Source: an uncultured Planctomycetota bacterium (lineage in GTDB: Bacteria; Planctomycetota; DG-23; DATKVD01; CAZVTD01). Taken from it: a stretch of 54,541 nt of DNA. The notes under the pieces are model-generated. The model saw nothing but the letters and a program-made list of their open reading frames with translations. It had not been told where the DNA came from and did not search any database. The stretch covers positions 1 to 54,541 of the forward strand of contig CAZVTD010000002.1 in the NCBI GenBank assembly GCA_964629945.1, given 5' to 3'. This document shows positions 6,471 to 18,700 of this stretch, in pieces. A program made the position numbers and the translations under genes. Every line of letters starts with the position of its first letter. Position 1 is the stretch's first letter.

Positions 6471-8975
6471 TCACGGTGCGACGGTGATGGTGAATTTCTG
6501 GGTGGCGTCGCCAACGTGCTCGGTGCCGGTGGAGACGATCTTTTCGTTACCCCATTTCCAGGTCGGCTCGTCGAGCTTTCTCACCTGCCGGTCGATGGAG
6601 GCGCTGACGGTCACCTCGAATTTTCCCGGACCGTCGGGCGTTCCGGAAAGCAGACCGGTCGCTTCGTCGATTTTCAGCCATTCCGGGGCCTGTTCGAGCT
6701 TGAAGCGTGGCGTCTCGACGTCCCAGAACTTCGCAACCACATCTTTTCCCTCCGTGTGATCCTGGAGGTCGCCGATGGATCGGGTGGCGGTCAGTTGATA
6801 GCGGTAGTCTTGTCCGACCCGCGCCGCGGTCACCGGCGCACTGTAGATGATGGGTCGGGGCGCCGTCGCGTAATCGGAGGGTCCGCTGCGCAGTCCTTTT
6901 GCATCCACGGCCACGACGCGATAGTACGTCTTGTTCGCGTTTTCGGGGGCGGCGGTTCCGAGCACGACCAGTTCCGTCGCCGTCGTCTCGGCGATGAAGT
7001 TCGCCGGGAAGGGGGACTTCAGATCCTTGGACGCGCCAAGGAGGACCTTGTAGGGCTCGTCGCTGGCGGAGAAGCCCTTCTCGTCGCTTCCGTAGATGCG
7101 GTACTTCGCCGGTTTCGTGCCCACGGGGTTGGCCTGCCACTTCAGCGTGCCGGTTCCTTTTTCCGCGTCATAGTCCAGTTTGAGTTCGACCGGATAGTTT
7201 ACGCCCCGAGCCGTGAAGCTCCATATCGGACTCCAGGGTCCCCAGACGCCTTTGCTGTCCATGGCCCGCACGCGCCAGTAGTATTTGGTTCCTGGTGCGA
7301 GGAGTCCGGGAGCGGGCAGGTTGTACTGTGCCTTGCCCTTGTCGGGGGTGCGTCCGATGAGCTTGTAGAAGTCCATGGAGAGGGGATAGGCGACGTCGGG
7401 ACGCTCAGAGAGAATGAACTGGTAGTCGGCGATGGCGTCGCCGTCGGGGTCGACGGCCGGGGTCCACTTGAAGACGACCTGTGTTCCGTCGGTTTCCCCG
7501 CCATTGGCGGGTGTTTCGGCGCCGGTCGGAGCCGCCGGGGGCTTGGAGGCGGAGCGTTCGACCCACTCATGGGTGATCTGCACTTTGCGGGCTCCGGTCG
7601 TCTGGTCGGTGTAGGTGAACTCGTTGGAGCCGACTTTCATCGCCGGCAGCATGAGGGGCGCCATCTGGATGTCATTGACGATCTTCAGGCTTTTGAGGCG
7701 TGCGTCACCGGTCAGCTCGCACTTCAACTGGTAGCCGTAAACGGTGGGATCCTTCGGGCTGAGCAGGGCGTCGAGGTCGGCTCCGGCGTCCTGCCAAGTT
7801 TTCTTGCCATCGTTACGCATCAGGGAGAATTTCGCGTCGTTGCCCTCGACCTGGAGCTTGCCACCGAGGAGGATGTAGGGGGCTTTGATGTCCCAGATGA
7901 TGGTTCCGGTTGCGCCGTCGGCCGCTGCCAGTCCCGTCGGGGTGCTTTTGACGTTCTCGACGGTCTGGGCGCCCTTCTTCCAGAGATCATTGGAGAAGTC
8001 GGGGCGGTATTCCCAGAGTCCGTTGCAGATGGTGTCGGGATATGAGATTCGGGTTGCGCGGATCTTGGTGGGGGTTTCGTGACCCCATCGCCAGACGATG
8101 GCTTCACCGGGACGCAGGGTCATGTTCATGTTGGTCTTGTAGATCATGCCGCGGTCCCCGACAGGTGGGAGTTCGTAGAAGTACATCGCGGCTTCGCGCT
8201 CGTCGGTGCTTCGACTTTCGGCGTAGGTGATTCCGAGATTGTGTGTTCGCTTGACGAGGTCATGGTCCCGCGCGATGTCCTGCTCGCAGGCGACGGTCTG
8301 GTTGTCGCGAAGGAGGAAGATGCTGTGCATGTCGCCATCGAAGAAATGGTAGGCGCCGTCGTAGTAGGCGTGACTGACGCAGTGACCCATGGCGTGAGCG
8401 GGGGTGACCTTCATGCCCGCGGTTTTCCAGAGTGAGGCCAGGCAGCCCGAGTCGTTTCCGCAGGTGTTGTATCCGTAGATGTTGAAGACCTTGACGGGGT
8501 CACCGAGTTCACTGTTTTCCCCGCCACCGAAGTGGTAGCGGTGGTTGATTTCCTGGAACCAGATGGCTTTGGCTTTTTCGCCGTCGGTCATTCCGGGGAG
8601 CACGGCGTGGGCGACGATCTCCTGGATGGTGCGGTAGTTGTTGCGTCCGTTGGAGAGCCATGGGTTGACGAGGTCGGTGTCTCCGACGTTTTCCATGCGA
8701 ACGGAGCGGTTCGATTCCCAGACCTGTTCCAGGGTTCCTTCGTGAGCCATTCCGCAGCCCATGGGACCCCGGCAGTTTTCACCGTCCATGGTTCCGCCCT
8801 GGACGATGGTATATTTCTGATCGCCTTGGGTGACGTCCTGGACGTGTTTTTTGGGCACGTCGCCCGGTTGGGCTTTTTTGGACCAAGGCTCCAGGGCCTG
8901 CCCCAGGACCACGCCCGACACCAGCAGCACCGTCAGAAGCGCCACACCCAGCATCAACCCTCGTACGCCGTCCAT
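6471..8975 (-). CDS. large secreted multidomain protein: N-terminal transglutaminase-like region, central Fn3-like modules, C-terminal putative-Ig (He_PIG-like) domains
   Basis: Signal/anchor MDGVRGLMLGVALLTVLLVSGVVLG. YGYNTCGNDSGCLASLWKTAGMKV...GHCVSHAYYDGAYHFFDGD follows the Cys-His-Asp order. KYYWRVRAMDSKGVWGPWSPIWSF is Fn3-like. PEWLKIDEATGLLSGTPDGPGKFEVTVSA is the putative-Ig motif. Confidence 0.7.
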   Translation of the reverse strand: MDGVRGLMLGVALLTVLLVSGVVLGQALEPWSKKAQPGDVPKKHVQDVTQGDQKYTIVQGGTMDGENCRGPMGCGMAHEGTLEQVWESNRSVRMENVGDTDLVNPWLSNGRNNYRTIQEIVAHAVLPGMTDGEKAKAIWFQEINHRYHFGGGENSELGDPVKVFNIYGYNTCGNDSGCLASLWKTAGMKVTPAHAMGHCVSHAYYDGAYHFFDGDMHSIFLLRDNQTVACEQDIARDHDLVKRTHNLGITYAESRSTDEREAAMYFYELPPVGDRGMIYKTNMNMTLRPGEAIVWRWGHETPTKIRATRISYPDTICNGLWEYRPDFSNDLWKKGAQTVENVKSTPTGLAAADGATGTIIWDIKAPYILLGGKLQVEGNDAKFSLMRNDGKKTWQDAGADLDALLSPKDPTVYGYQLKCELTGDARLKSLKIVNDIQMAPLMLPAMKVGSNEFTYTDQTTGARKVQITHEWVERSASKPPAAPTGAETPANGGETDGTQVVFKWTPAVDPDGDAIADYQFILSERPDVAYPLSMDFYKLIGRTPDKGKAQYNLPAPGLLAPGTKYYWRVRAMDSKGVWGPWSPIWSFTARGVNYPVELKLDYDAEKGTGTLKWQANPVGTKPAKYRIYGSDEKGFSASDEPYKVLLGASKDLKSPFPANFIAETTATELVVLGTAAPENANKTYYRVVAVDAKGLRSGPSDYATAPRPIIYSAPVTAARVGQDYRYQLTATRSIGDLQDHTEGKDVVAKFWDVETPRFKLEQAPEWLKIDEATGLLSGTPDGPGKFEVTVSASIDRQVRKLDEPTWKWGNEKIVSTGTEHVGDATQKFTITVAP

Positions 8976-9100
8976 CGTTATTCTCCTGTGTAAGGGAAAC
9001 CGGCCCTTCTATGAGTTATGCCGTTCGGGATCATCTTACCTTCTTCCGGCAGATTTTGGAAGTGTACTTCCGAGTCCCGGAGCAGGGAGAGTTTTCCGGG

Positions 9101-9832
9101 CTATCTGTTTTCGAACCAGCCCATCTGTTTTTTTGGGGCTTCGATCGACATGGTTCCGGTGGGGGCGGTCCAGCGGACCGCGTTGCTGATGATGCGCAGG
9201 ACGGAGGGGTGGAAGTAGGTGGGGTAGGTTTCGTGACCCGGACGGAAGTAGAAGACCTTGCCGGCTCCTCGACGCCAAGTGCATCCGGAGCGAAAGACTT
9301 CGCCCCCCGTGAAGCTGCTGATGAGGAGGGTTTCCTGTGGCTCGGGGACGTCGAAGTGTTCGCCATACATCTCTTCGTGTTCGAGGATGACGGGGTCTTC
9401 CACCCCTTCCAGGATGGGGTGACCCGGACACGATCTCCACAACAGTTCCCGCTCGCCGGCTTCGCGCCATTTCAACTGGCAGGTGGTCCCCATGAGTCGG
9501 CGGAAGATTTTGGAGAAGTGTGCGGAGTGGAGGCAGATGAGTCCCATGCCCTGGAGGACGCGAAGCTGGACGCGATCGACAATGCGATCATCCACCTCCT
9601 GATGTGCACGGTGGGCCCACCAGAGGAGCACGTCCGTTCGGGCCAGGACCTCTTCGGAGAGGCCGTGTTCGGGTTCTTCCAGTGTTGCGGTCCGGACGGT
9701 CATGTTTTTCTGTTTGCCGAGGTGGTCGGCGAGAGCCCCGTGGATTCCGGCAGGATAGACCCGCCGCACGGCTTCGTCTTGTTTCTCGTGGACGCCTTCG
9801 TTCCAGACCATGACGCGAATCTCATTGCTCAC
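9101..9832 (-). CDS. ThuA domain protein (trehalose-utilisation-like, class I glutamine amidotransferase-like fold)
   Basis: [12 protein letters not shown]...[14 protein letters not shown]...[11 protein letters not shown]...[13 protein letters not shown] matches the ThuA family in pattern and in length (243 aa). Confidence 0.75.
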   Translation of the reverse strand: MSNEIRVMVWNEGVHEKQDEAVRRVYPAGIHGALADHLGKQKNMTVRTATLEEPEHGLSEEVLARTDVLLWWAHRAHQEVDDRIVDRVQLRVLQGMGLICLHSAHFSKIFRRLMGTTCQLKWREAGERELLWRSCPGHPILEGVEDPVILEHEEMYGEHFDVPEPQETLLISSFTGGEVFRSGCTWRRGAGKVFYFRPGHETYPTYFHPSVLRIISNAVRWTAPTGTMSIEAPKKQMGWFENR

Positions 9833-9872
9833 GATGATTTCCCCTTCAGAAAGAACTGTTTTCCGTTCGGTT

Positions 9873-10994
9873 TCATTTTGCGGTCGTCGCGTCGTCGGTG
9901 AACGTCACCGGAAGCGAGATTCCGTCCCCGTCGTAGACGCAGAAGTGGAGGTGTGGAATCATCGCCGAGCCCGAGTTGCCCACTCGTCCCAGCGGGGTGC
10001 CGGCTTTCACCGTCTGGCCCGGTTTCACGACAATCGATCCGCGTTTCAGGTGTGCATACAGTGTGTACTCCCCGCTCGGGTGCTTGATGCACACGCTGTT
10101 GGCCTCCTCGAATTTTCCGGGTTTCCCCACGGGTGTGTCAGGGTAGTTGTTCAGCACCGCGAACACCTCTCCACCGGCGGCTGCGTACACCGGCGTGTTG
10201 AACGTGTAGTGACTTTCCAGTCTTCCCGCATCACCGGTGTAGGAACGTCCCTCCGTGTCCACCTTCACCAAGTCCAGCGCGTTCAGCATGAAGGCGGCTT
10301 CGGGGTGATCATCTCCCATCACCACCCGTGTTGTTCCGTCGAGGGGATTGCGATAGTGGTTCTTCAGTTTGCGTTCCGTCAGGTAAGGACCGATCAGCTT
10401 CAGCGCCTCTTTGTGTCTCGGGTCCGCCATCAGGGCCTTGCGAAACGCGTTTTCAGCCGGAGCCGAGAGCTTTTTCCCGGCGAACGTTTTGCCCAGTTCC
10501 ACGCAGGCGTCCGCCGCCCCCGAACCGAATCCCTGAGCCGCACGTGCAATCTGCTCGCTCGGCACGTCAACCCACTTATCGCCCTCGCGACGGTATCCCA
10601 GGACTTTCCGTGTCGACGCGTGATTCGGGTCCAGCTCGATCGCCCTGGTGTAGTATTTCTGTGCCTCGTCGTACTGGAGGTGCTTGTCGAGCCACTTCCC
10701 GACGTTGAATTGTCCCTGTGCCCCCTCCCGCTCCGACTGCAATTTCAACCGTTCCAGGTCTTTCCGCTCGCCCTCGGTCAATTCGATCCTGGCGATCATC
10801 GCACGCGGCACGCTCGTGGTCGCAAAGGTTCCGGACACGGACACGTCGCGTTTCCCCGCCGTGCACTTTCCCGTAAGCCGGGTCCCATCGCGCATGACCA
10901 CCACCTCGGCCGCGTTCCGTCCTCCCACGCACGTCATCATCACGAGGATCGCGCCAAGCACCCGTCCTGTCCGTCCCAGCCGCCAGTCCGACAT
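9873..10994 (-). CDS. secreted M23 family metallopeptidase with TPR-like middle region
   Basis: I prefer ATG 10994 ([25 protein letters not shown], signal-like) over the longer track ORF. The C-terminus ...[45 protein letters not shown] is the LytM/M23 signature. Confidence 0.75.
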   Translation of the reverse strand: MSDWRLGRTGRVLGAILVMMTCVGGRNAAEVVVMRDGTRLTGKCTAGKRDVSVSGTFATTSVPRAMIARIELTEGERKDLERLKLQSEREGAQGQFNVGKWLDKHLQYDEAQKYYTRAIELDPNHASTRKVLGYRREGDKWVDVPSEQIARAAQGFGSGAADACVELGKTFAGKKLSAPAENAFRKALMADPRHKEALKLIGPYLTERKLKNHYRNPLDGTTRVVMGDDHPEAAFMLNALDLVKVDTEGRSYTGDAGRLESHYTFNTPVYAAAGGEVFAVLNNYPDTPVGKPGKFEEANSVCIKHPSGEYTLYAHLKRGSIVVKPGQTVKAGTPLGRVGNSGSAMIPHLHFCVYDGDGISLPVTFTDDATTAK

Positions 10995-11121
10995 ATCCCT
11001 CTCCCCGGCCACCCCGTATTTCCTGGTCCGACAAGCACCTTGCTCCGGTCCTTTTCCCCGTCTACAATATATCATACTGCACGTTGTCCGGCACGTCTGG
11101 ACCGGGTTGGAGGTTCGAGAT

Positions 11122-12036
11122 ATGATCCGTCGCGGCGTGTCCCTGGTTTCTGTCGTTCTCTTTCTGTGTCTGTTCGTCCGTGCCGACGAACCCGCGAAGC
11201 CCGATCCACGCTACCAGCGGGCAGTCGCCTCGCTCCAGAAGGCCCTCGGAGCGGGTTTTACCGTCGATCGGGTGGGGATGTTCGTGGCGGCCTTCGAACT
11301 CGACCCGGAGCGCACCGCGCAGTTCCGGTCGCTCATCGGTCGGCTCGAAACGACCCTCTACCGGGACATCATCTCACGTCGCCCAAATTACATCATCCGT
11401 ATCGTCCTTTTCAAGGACAATGCTTCGCTCCAGACGAACGCGAAGAAGATCCTGCAGAAGAGTCCTCTGCCCGGACCAGGCGGGTTTTATTTCGAGTATG
11501 AGCGAGCCGTGCTGGCCGACGGGTCAATGGGAGAGTGGCTGCTGAGACATGAGCTGACCCACGCACTGCTTCAGGCCGAATTCGGTGTCAACAAACCCGC
11601 CCCGTGGATGCACGAGGGACTTGCGTCACTTTTCGAGACCGCCTCCGTCGAAGAGGACCTCGTTTTCCATCCCGATTGGCGTCTGGGCACGCTCATCAAG
11701 CTCAAGGACGTCGACAAGCTTCCGCACCTCGAAGACGTTTTGAAGCTCGACTTCCGCAATTACTACACCAAGCCCGCTGACCGTCAGGTCAGCGACACCG
11801 TCGGTGCAGGTTTTCTGTTCTACCTTCATCAGAAGGGACTGCTTGCCGAGTTCTGCAAGCGTTATCGCGGCGATTTCTCCGCCGACCCCACCGGAATCAA
11901 GTTCGCCGAACAGGTTCTCAAGAAGAAGATCCATGAGATTGAATCCGACTGGCTTGTCTGGCTGAGCGAACAGGCTCCCCAGCTTCCCCGTCCGGTCCGT
12001 CCGGGACCGGAGAAGCCGGAACCTCCTCGGGATTGA
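11122..12036 (+). CDS. secreted HExxH metalloprotease-like protein (DUF1570-like)
   Basis: ATG 11122 is preceded by GGAGG (11109-11113). Signal peptide MIRRGVSLVSVVLFLCLFVRADE. Zinc motif LLRHELTHALL. The upstream 146 codons of the track ORF overlap the M23 gene antisense and look non-coding. Confidence 0.65.
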   Translation: MIRRGVSLVSVVLFLCLFVRADEPAKPDPRYQRAVASLQKALGAGFTVDRVGMFVAAFELDPERTAQFRSLIGRLETTLYRDIISRRPNYIIRIVLFKDNASLQTNAKKILQKSPLPGPGGFYFEYERAVLADGSMGEWLLRHELTHALLQAEFGVNKPAPWMHEGLASLFETASVEEDLVFHPDWRLGTLIKLKDVDKLPHLEDVLKLDFRNYYTKPADRQVSDTVGAGFLFYLHQKGLLAEFCKRYRGDFSADPTGIKFAEQVLKKKIHEIESDWLVWLSEQAPQLPRPVRPGPEKPEPPRD

Positions 12037-12105
12037 GACGGGATTTCCCATTCGGAAGGGGTGATCGGAAACGGAACAGCACTGTCCATCACGTGGTCCG
12101 CAGAC

Positions 12106-12130
12106 CGCGGGGTTTTATTCTTCCCCCGCG
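12106..12130. terminator. 7-bp GC hairpin (CGCGGGG-N11-CCCCGCG) between convergent genes
   Basis: 12106-12112 pairs perfectly with 12124-12130, with a T-rich loop ttttattcttc. There is no clean U-tract after the stem, so terminator function is uncertain. Confidence 0.4.
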
Positions 12131-12153
12131 CACCACCCCGACGGAAGTGTTCT

Positions 12154-12483
12154 TCACGAGGATTTCGGGAAGGACATCGTGACGCCCTCGACCGTGAGCA
12201 CCCGCTTTTCGCGTGGCGACTTCAACAGTCTCGGGTTGATCTGGTAGAACACCTGCTGTCCGCGACGTTCGTTGGTCACCAGTCCCGAGTATCGGAGCTT
12301 GGTCAGGTGGAACGAGATCGTCGGCGTGTCCAGCTCCAGCGTCGTGCCGAGATCGGTCACGCACATCTCCCCGTCCAGCAGCTTCAACAGGATCGACAGA
12401 CGCGTGCGGTCCCCCATCGCCCTGAATGTTTCGGCCCAGGCCGCTTCGTGACCCGCGTTTGCCGTCCGACGTGATTTCGCCAT
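12154..12483 (-). CDS. ArsR/SmtB family transcriptional regulator
   Basis: FRAMGDRTRLSILLKLLDGEMCVTDLGTTLELDTPTISFHLTKLRYSGLVTNERRGQQVFYQI is a canonical ArsR winged helix-turn-helix. I prefer start ATG 12483 (MAKSRR...). Confidence 0.8.
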   Translation of the reverse strand: MAKSRRTANAGHEAAWAETFRAMGDRTRLSILLKLLDGEMCVTDLGTTLELDTPTISFHLTKLRYSGLVTNERRGQQVFYQINPRLLKSPREKRVLTVEGVTMSFPKSS

Positions 12484-12604
12484 GGCCACCCTCCTAGGAT
12501 TGGCGTCACGACATTTTCTTATGCTGACTCGTCCCAATTATACACGCTCATGTCGATAGTTCAAAGCAGAAAGTGTTTCCCTGACGCCCTTTCAGCACGC
12601 CCTC

Positions 12605-12633
12605 TGGAAACCGACGGCACCGGTGTCTATAAT
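12605..12633 (+). promoter_or_regulatory. candidate sigma70-type promoter for the giant gene (TGGAAA-N17-TATAAT)
   Basis: TATAAT at 12628-12633 and a weak -35 at 12605-12610 with a 17-bp spacer. The roughly 85-nt leader contains nested inverted repeats (TTGTTGTG 12644-12651 / CACAACAA 12684-12691). Confidence 0.3.
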
Positions 12634-12718
12634 CATTCGGATTGTTGTGAACTTCCGGACCGTCCAGCGGTCTAACGGGTCAACACAACAACGGTCTCAA
12701 GTATGAAGGGGGATCCCG

Positions 12719-15700
12719 ATGCGAACACGATGGATGGTCCTTGCCTGTGTCGTTTTCGTCCTCACCACAAGCGTATCCCTTGCCGAAGAAATAGGTTACA
12801 TTGAGGACTTCGCGCTGTCCAAGGACCGGGCACAAGCGCTCAAACAGCTCATCCCGGGCACCGAGGACTATTACTACTACCACTGTCTCCACTACCAGAA
12901 CACCGGACAATGGGAGAAGTATGACGAGGTGTTCAGGCTCTGGGTGGCCCGCTACAAGGACACTCCCGGCATCACCGAGATGCGCAATCGTCAGGCTCTT
13001 TTATTATATGAGACCCAGCCCCGTCAGTCCCTGGACCACATTATCCAGGCGCTCGACCTCCATTTCGACCACCAGCCCCTCATTCAGGGACAGAAGCCCC
13101 AGCTTCCCACGCGTCTCGACGCCAATCTCATCTCCGTCCGCACCCTCACCGAGCTGGCCGTCGCGCGTTACCCGGACACCCTCAACGGCATGGAGGACTC
13201 CGCGCTGGATTGGCTGGTCAACATCGATCTCGGACCCAAGCGTCTTCGTCATTTTCTCCAGCGGCTCCAGCGGCCCGACTATCCCAATCTCGTGAAGCTC
13301 ATCGCCCGGGACCTCGAACAGGAGAACTCCCGTGGCTTCGGGTATCTCGACATCCACAAGCAGCTCCTGTTGTCCCAACTCGAAGAACTCCTCAAGCTCA
13401 AGCCCGAACTGATCTCCAACACCCACTTCGTCAACGCCTGGCTCATCCGGCTGCGACCGGCCGACGACGTGGACTGGCAGCACGACCCCGAGGCGCGTCA
13501 GGAGTACCTCGACCGGCTCTGGGACTTCGCCGACAAACTTCCCCCCGCGTTCAACTCGCTCAAAACCTGCGTCCTTTACCACCGGCTGCTTCACGATCGC
13601 GAGCTCGGCGTCTATGACAAGACGCGCTTCATGACGTACATCAAGCTCCCGCGCAACGTCGCTTACATCGAACCTCGATATCTCCAGGCCGGCGACAACC
13701 GCCGATACCAAGCCAACCTCGACGCGGACTTCCGCGAGCCGCTCGTGCTCGATCCCGTGCACAGCGACCACGAACTCGTCCGCAGCTACCTCGAACATTT
13801 CTTCGTCGAAGACATCTCCTACCAGCCTTACGCCGCGTTCATCCGCGACACCTGGCTCAAGCCGGTCTTCGCCGAGACCAAGCTTACCCAGGGCATCGGC
13901 GATCCCGAACAGTGGTATTCCCTTCTGACCCCGGAAGCGGTCCAGCAGCTCAAGGACCGCGTCGATCTCGACTTCGCCTGCACCAACAAGACGATGTTCC
14001 AGCCCGACGAGCCGGTCAAGCTTGCCCTCTGGATCAAGAACGTCGACAAGCTCATGGTGAAGGTCTACGAGGTCAACACGCTCAACTATTACCTCGAACA
14101 GGACAAGCCGGTCGACCTGGACATCAACCTGGACGGACTGGTGGCCAACGCCGAGGAGGTGTACACCTACAGTGAACCCCCGCTGCGCCGCGTTTCCAGG
14201 GAGTTCCCCTTCGACCGTCTGAAGAGCCGGGGCGTCTACGTGGTCGAGTTCATCGGCAACGGACAGCGCAGCCGGGCGCTCATCCGCAAGGGTGAACTCC
14301 GCTTCCTGGAGGAATCCACCACCGCCGGTCACGTTTTCCGGATTCTCGATGAGAAGAACACCCTGCTGAAGGACGCCACCCTGTGGATGGGCGGTGCCGA
14401 ATACAAGCCCGACAAGGATGGGGTCATCCTCGTGCCCTTCAGCACCAGTCCCAGATCCCAGTCCATCCTTCTCAAGCAGGGGGATTTCACCACGCTGGCC
14501 CGGTTCAACCACCAGGCCGAGGAATACCGCTTCCAGGCCGGCTTCTGGGTGGATCGCGAGCAGCTTCTGTCGCGACGACAGGCGACGCTCCTGGTGCGTC
14601 CATCGCTTTCCGTCCACGGCCAGCCCGTCACACTGTCGGTGCTCGAGGACATCAAGCTCCTGATCATCTCGACCGACCTTGACGGCGTCGCGACGACCAA
14701 GGAAGTTCCCGACTTCAAGCTCAGCGAGGGCATCGAGACGGCCTATCCCTTCCGTGTCCCCGAACGGCTCGCGTCCATCCGCTTCGTGCTGTCCGCCCAG
14801 GTGCGCAACCTCAGCACCGACAAGAAGCTGCCCCTCGGCGACGAGATGACGCTCAATCTCAACGGGATCGACTACACCGCCTGTGTCGAGGACCTGCACC
14901 TGCTGCGCAGCAGCGGCAGCTATATCCTCGAAGTGCTCGGCCGCACCGGCGAACCCCGTGCCGACCGTCCCGTCACATTCGTCTTCAAGCACCGCGATTT
15001 CAAGGACCCGGTCACCGTCGCACTCCAGACCGACAACGAGGGACGCATCGCCCTCGGGAACCTCAGCGACATCGTCTCCGTCTCCGTCGTGGGACCCGAG
15101 ACCACGCAGCACACGTGGACGCTCAGCCAGGACGTGCACAGCAATCCGGGTTCCCTCCACGGCCGCGTCGGTGACACCCTCTACGTGCCCTACATGGGTT
15201 CGGCGAAGGAGCCGCTGAGGTCCGAGCTTTCGCTGCTGGAGATGCGAGGCAGCACGTTCGTTGCGGACCGTTTCTCGGCGCTGGCGATCAAGGACGGGTT
15301 TATCCAGATCAGCGATCTTGCGCGCGGGGACTACGACCTCCTCATGAAGTCCAGCAACACCCGGATCCGTCTGCGCGTGAGCGAGGGGACGCTCGATCTC
15401 GGATACGTCCTCGGCGAGACGCGTCAACTCGAGGTCATCAACCCGAAGCCGCTCCAGATCACTTCCGTCCTGGCCGACAAAGACAACCTCACCATCCGTC
15501 TGGCCAATGCCAACGCGTGGACCCGTGTGCACGTTGCCGTCGATCGTTATCTCCCGGAGTTTCCGATCGAAGGGCTGCTGGGGCGGACGGGCTTTGCCGA
15601 TCCGACGTTGATCGGCATCGACCAGCCCGAATCGCGCTACGTCGCCGGGGTCGCTATCGGGGATGAATATCGCTACATCCTCGAACGCAAGTACGCCAAG

Positions 15701-18700
15701 AAGTTCGCCGGCAACATGCTCGAACGACCGTCGCTGCTGCTGAACCCGTGGGACCTGGCGGAAACCCGCACGGGCAAGGAATGGCTGGGAGAGGGCGGGC
15801 CCTGGGGCGCCGCGAGAGGCCTGTCCGGAGAGCTGTCCGCCAAGAACTGGGGAGGACGCATCAAGAACCTCCAGGCGGGCAAGATCACGCCGGACCTCGA
15901 CTTCCTGGCCCGGGCTTCGGTGGTGCTGGTCAACCTGAAGCCGGACGAAAAGGGCGTCATCACGATCAAGCGTGCTGACCTGGGCGACCGTCAGGACATT
16001 TACATCTTCGCTGCCGATCCCCTGAACTCCGTCTACCGGAGTTTCACGCTCCCCGAGCCCAAGGACGTCCAGTTCCTCGACCTTCGTCTGGCGGAGAACC
16101 TGGACCCCGCGAAGCACTTCACCGAGCAGAAGCAGGTGACCGTCGCCCCGGCGGGAAAACCCTTCACCATCGCTGATCTGACGACCTCCAAGATGGAGAC
16201 CTATGACACGCTGGCGAAGGTGTATCGTCTTTACGCCACGCTTTCGGAGGATGAAACGCTGGGCGAGTTCAGCTTCATCCTCGACTGGCCCACGTTTGAC
16301 CGCGCGAAGAAGCTGGAGCTGTATTCGAAGTACGCCTGTCACGAACTCCACTTCTTCCTCTACCGGAAGGATCCCGACTTCTTCAACGAGGTGGTGAAGC
16401 CTTATCTGGCCAACAAGAAGGACAAGACGTTCCTGGATCGCTGGTTCCTGGGGGAGAACCTGTCGACGTATCTGACTCCCTGGAACTTCGAACAGTTGAA
16501 CCTCGTCGAACGCGTCCTGCTGGGCCGGGTTGTCAAGGACGAGCCCGCACGCGTCGCCAGACACGTCAAGGATCTGTATGATCTCATCCCGCCGGACGTG
16601 GAATCGCTGAACCTGCTCTTCCAGACGGCACTCAAGGGATCGGCCCTGGAGGTCGCCCCTGACGCCGGCAGGCCAGCCGAAGCCGACAAGGAGAAGAATC
16701 TCGAACAGGCCAGGTTCTCCCGAGGCGGCCGAGCGGGTCTCTGGGCCGCTACAGGAGGGGCCACGGGTGCATCAGAAGCCGCGATGGAATCTCCGGCTGC
16801 ACCCGCCGATGCTCCGGCACCAACACCCAAGAAGTCGGAGATGAAGGCCACGGCCGAGAGACTCGACAAGGATGCGGACGGGGCCTATTTCAGCGAGGAC
16901 CGCAAGAGAACGGAGGGCCGACGGCTCTACCTGGAGATCGATAAAACCAAGGAGCTGGTCGAGAACAACTACTATCACCTGCCCATCGCGGACGCCGGAG
17001 CGGACCTGGTTCCCGTCAACGCGTTCTGGAAGGATTACGCCGCCCACGATCCCGGGACGCCCTTCTTCAGCACGCACCTGACCGAGGCCTGCACGAACTT
17101 CACCGAGATCATGTTCGCGTTGTCCGTGCTGGACCTGCCCTTCAAGGCGGGTGAACATAAGAGCGAATCGGCCAGCCGTTCCTGGACGCTGACACCCGCT
17201 TCACCGGCGATCATCTTCCACCAGGAGATCAAGGAGGCCAAGCCGCTTGCGGAACGTCTGCCCATCCTGGTCAGTCAGAACTTCTTCCGACAGGACGACC
17301 GTTACCGCTTCGTCGACAACGAGCGCACGGACAAGTACGTCACGGAGGAGTTCCTGACCCACGTGGTCTACGGCTGCCAGGTGGTCCTGACCAACCCGAC
17401 GTCCGCCCCCCAGAAGCTCGACCTGCTGATCCAGGTGCCTCGCGGCGCGGTCCCGGTCCTCAAATCCCACTACACCCGGGGCGTGCACGTGGACCTGGCG
17501 CCTTACAACACCACCACGCTCGAATACGCCTTCTACTTCCCGGCTCCCGGACAGTACGTCCACTTCCCCGTGCACGTCGCACGCAACGAGCAGCTGGCCG
17601 TCTCGGCGCAGCCGTTCTCCTTCAAGGTCGTCGTCGAGCCTTCCGTGATCGACAAGGAATCCTGGGACTGGGTCTCCCAGTCCGGCACGGAGAAACAGGT
17701 GTTCGATTACCTGGACACCCATAACCTCGAACGGACCGACCTCGACCGCATCGCCTGGCGCATGAAGAACGCCGATTTCTTCCGCAAGGTCACCGGTCTC
17801 CTTAAGACGCGTCACGTCTATAACAACACGCTGTGGTCGTATGCGCTCAAGCTCAACCTCCTCCCCGAAGCTTCCGAGTTCCTCTCCCACGCCGAGGCGT
17901 TCATCGACGGCTGCGGCGACGGCATCTCCTCCAGACTGCTCACCATCGACCCGGTCGTTCGCAAGTCCTATCAGCACATGGAATACGATCCCTTGGTCAA
18001 CGCGCGTGCCCACAAGCTCGGACCGCAGTGGTCCATCCTCAACAACCAGTTCCACCAGCAATATACCCACCTGCTGCGTGTGCTGAGTTGTCGTCCCGCG
18101 CTCGACAACGACGACCTGATGGCCGTCACCTATTACCTCCTGCTCCAGGACCGCGTCGAGGACGCGCTGACTTTCTTCCAGCGCGTCGATCCGGCCAAGC
18201 TCGAAACGCGGCTCCAATACGATTACTTCCAGGTCTACCTGGATTTCTCCACCCTCAACCTCGCCGACGTGCGCAAGGTCGCCACGCCGTACGCTTCCTA
18301 CCCCGTCGAGCGGTGGCGAAAACGCTTCCAGAACGTGCTGGCTCAACTGGACGAGGCCGAAGGCAAGGCTCCCGCAGTGGCCGACACCACCCGTCCGGAC
18401 CAGGCACAGCTTGCCGCGTCGCAGCCCGCGTTCGACTTCACCGTCGAAGCACGGAACGTCACCCTCAACTATCAGAACCTCACCCGCGTCACCGTCAATT
18501 ACTACCTCATGGACGTCGAGCTGCTCTTCTCGCAGAATCCCTTCCCCGACCCTGCGGGTGTTTCCGGCCGCTTCGCCTGGATCCGACCCAACCACTCGCA
18601 GGTCCTTGACCTGGACCCCGGGAAGAAGTCCGTCGCCTTCGAGCTTCCCGAGGCGTTCCGCTCGGCCAACGTGGCCGTGGAAGTGGTCGGCGCGGGTCTC

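Noticed and set aside
6444-8045. 533-aa plus-strand ORF (also 9011-9901, 9810-11501, 43725-45116, 45864-47234, 53466-54377 and the many shorter ORFs in the track)
   Set aside because: All overlap better-supported genes on the opposite strand or frame. Their compositions are biased (Arg/Gly/Pro/His-rich) and they have no signal or motif content.
9058-9071. Palindrome GGAAGT-GT-ACTTCC between thuA and the 834-aa gene
   Set aside because: It has only a 6-bp stem with a 2-nt loop, and no second copy or context. It is too weak to interpret.
10684-11121. N-terminal 146-codon extension of the HExxH protease ORF
   Set aside because: It overlaps the M23 gene antisense. A good ATG with a GGAGG Shine-Dalgarno and a signal peptide begins at 11122.
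13004-16564. 1186-aa ORF antisense to the giant gene
   Set aside because: The Arg/Gly/Val/Asp-rich, low-complexity translation is typical of shadow frames in high-GC DNA. The sense frame has a signal peptide and normal composition.
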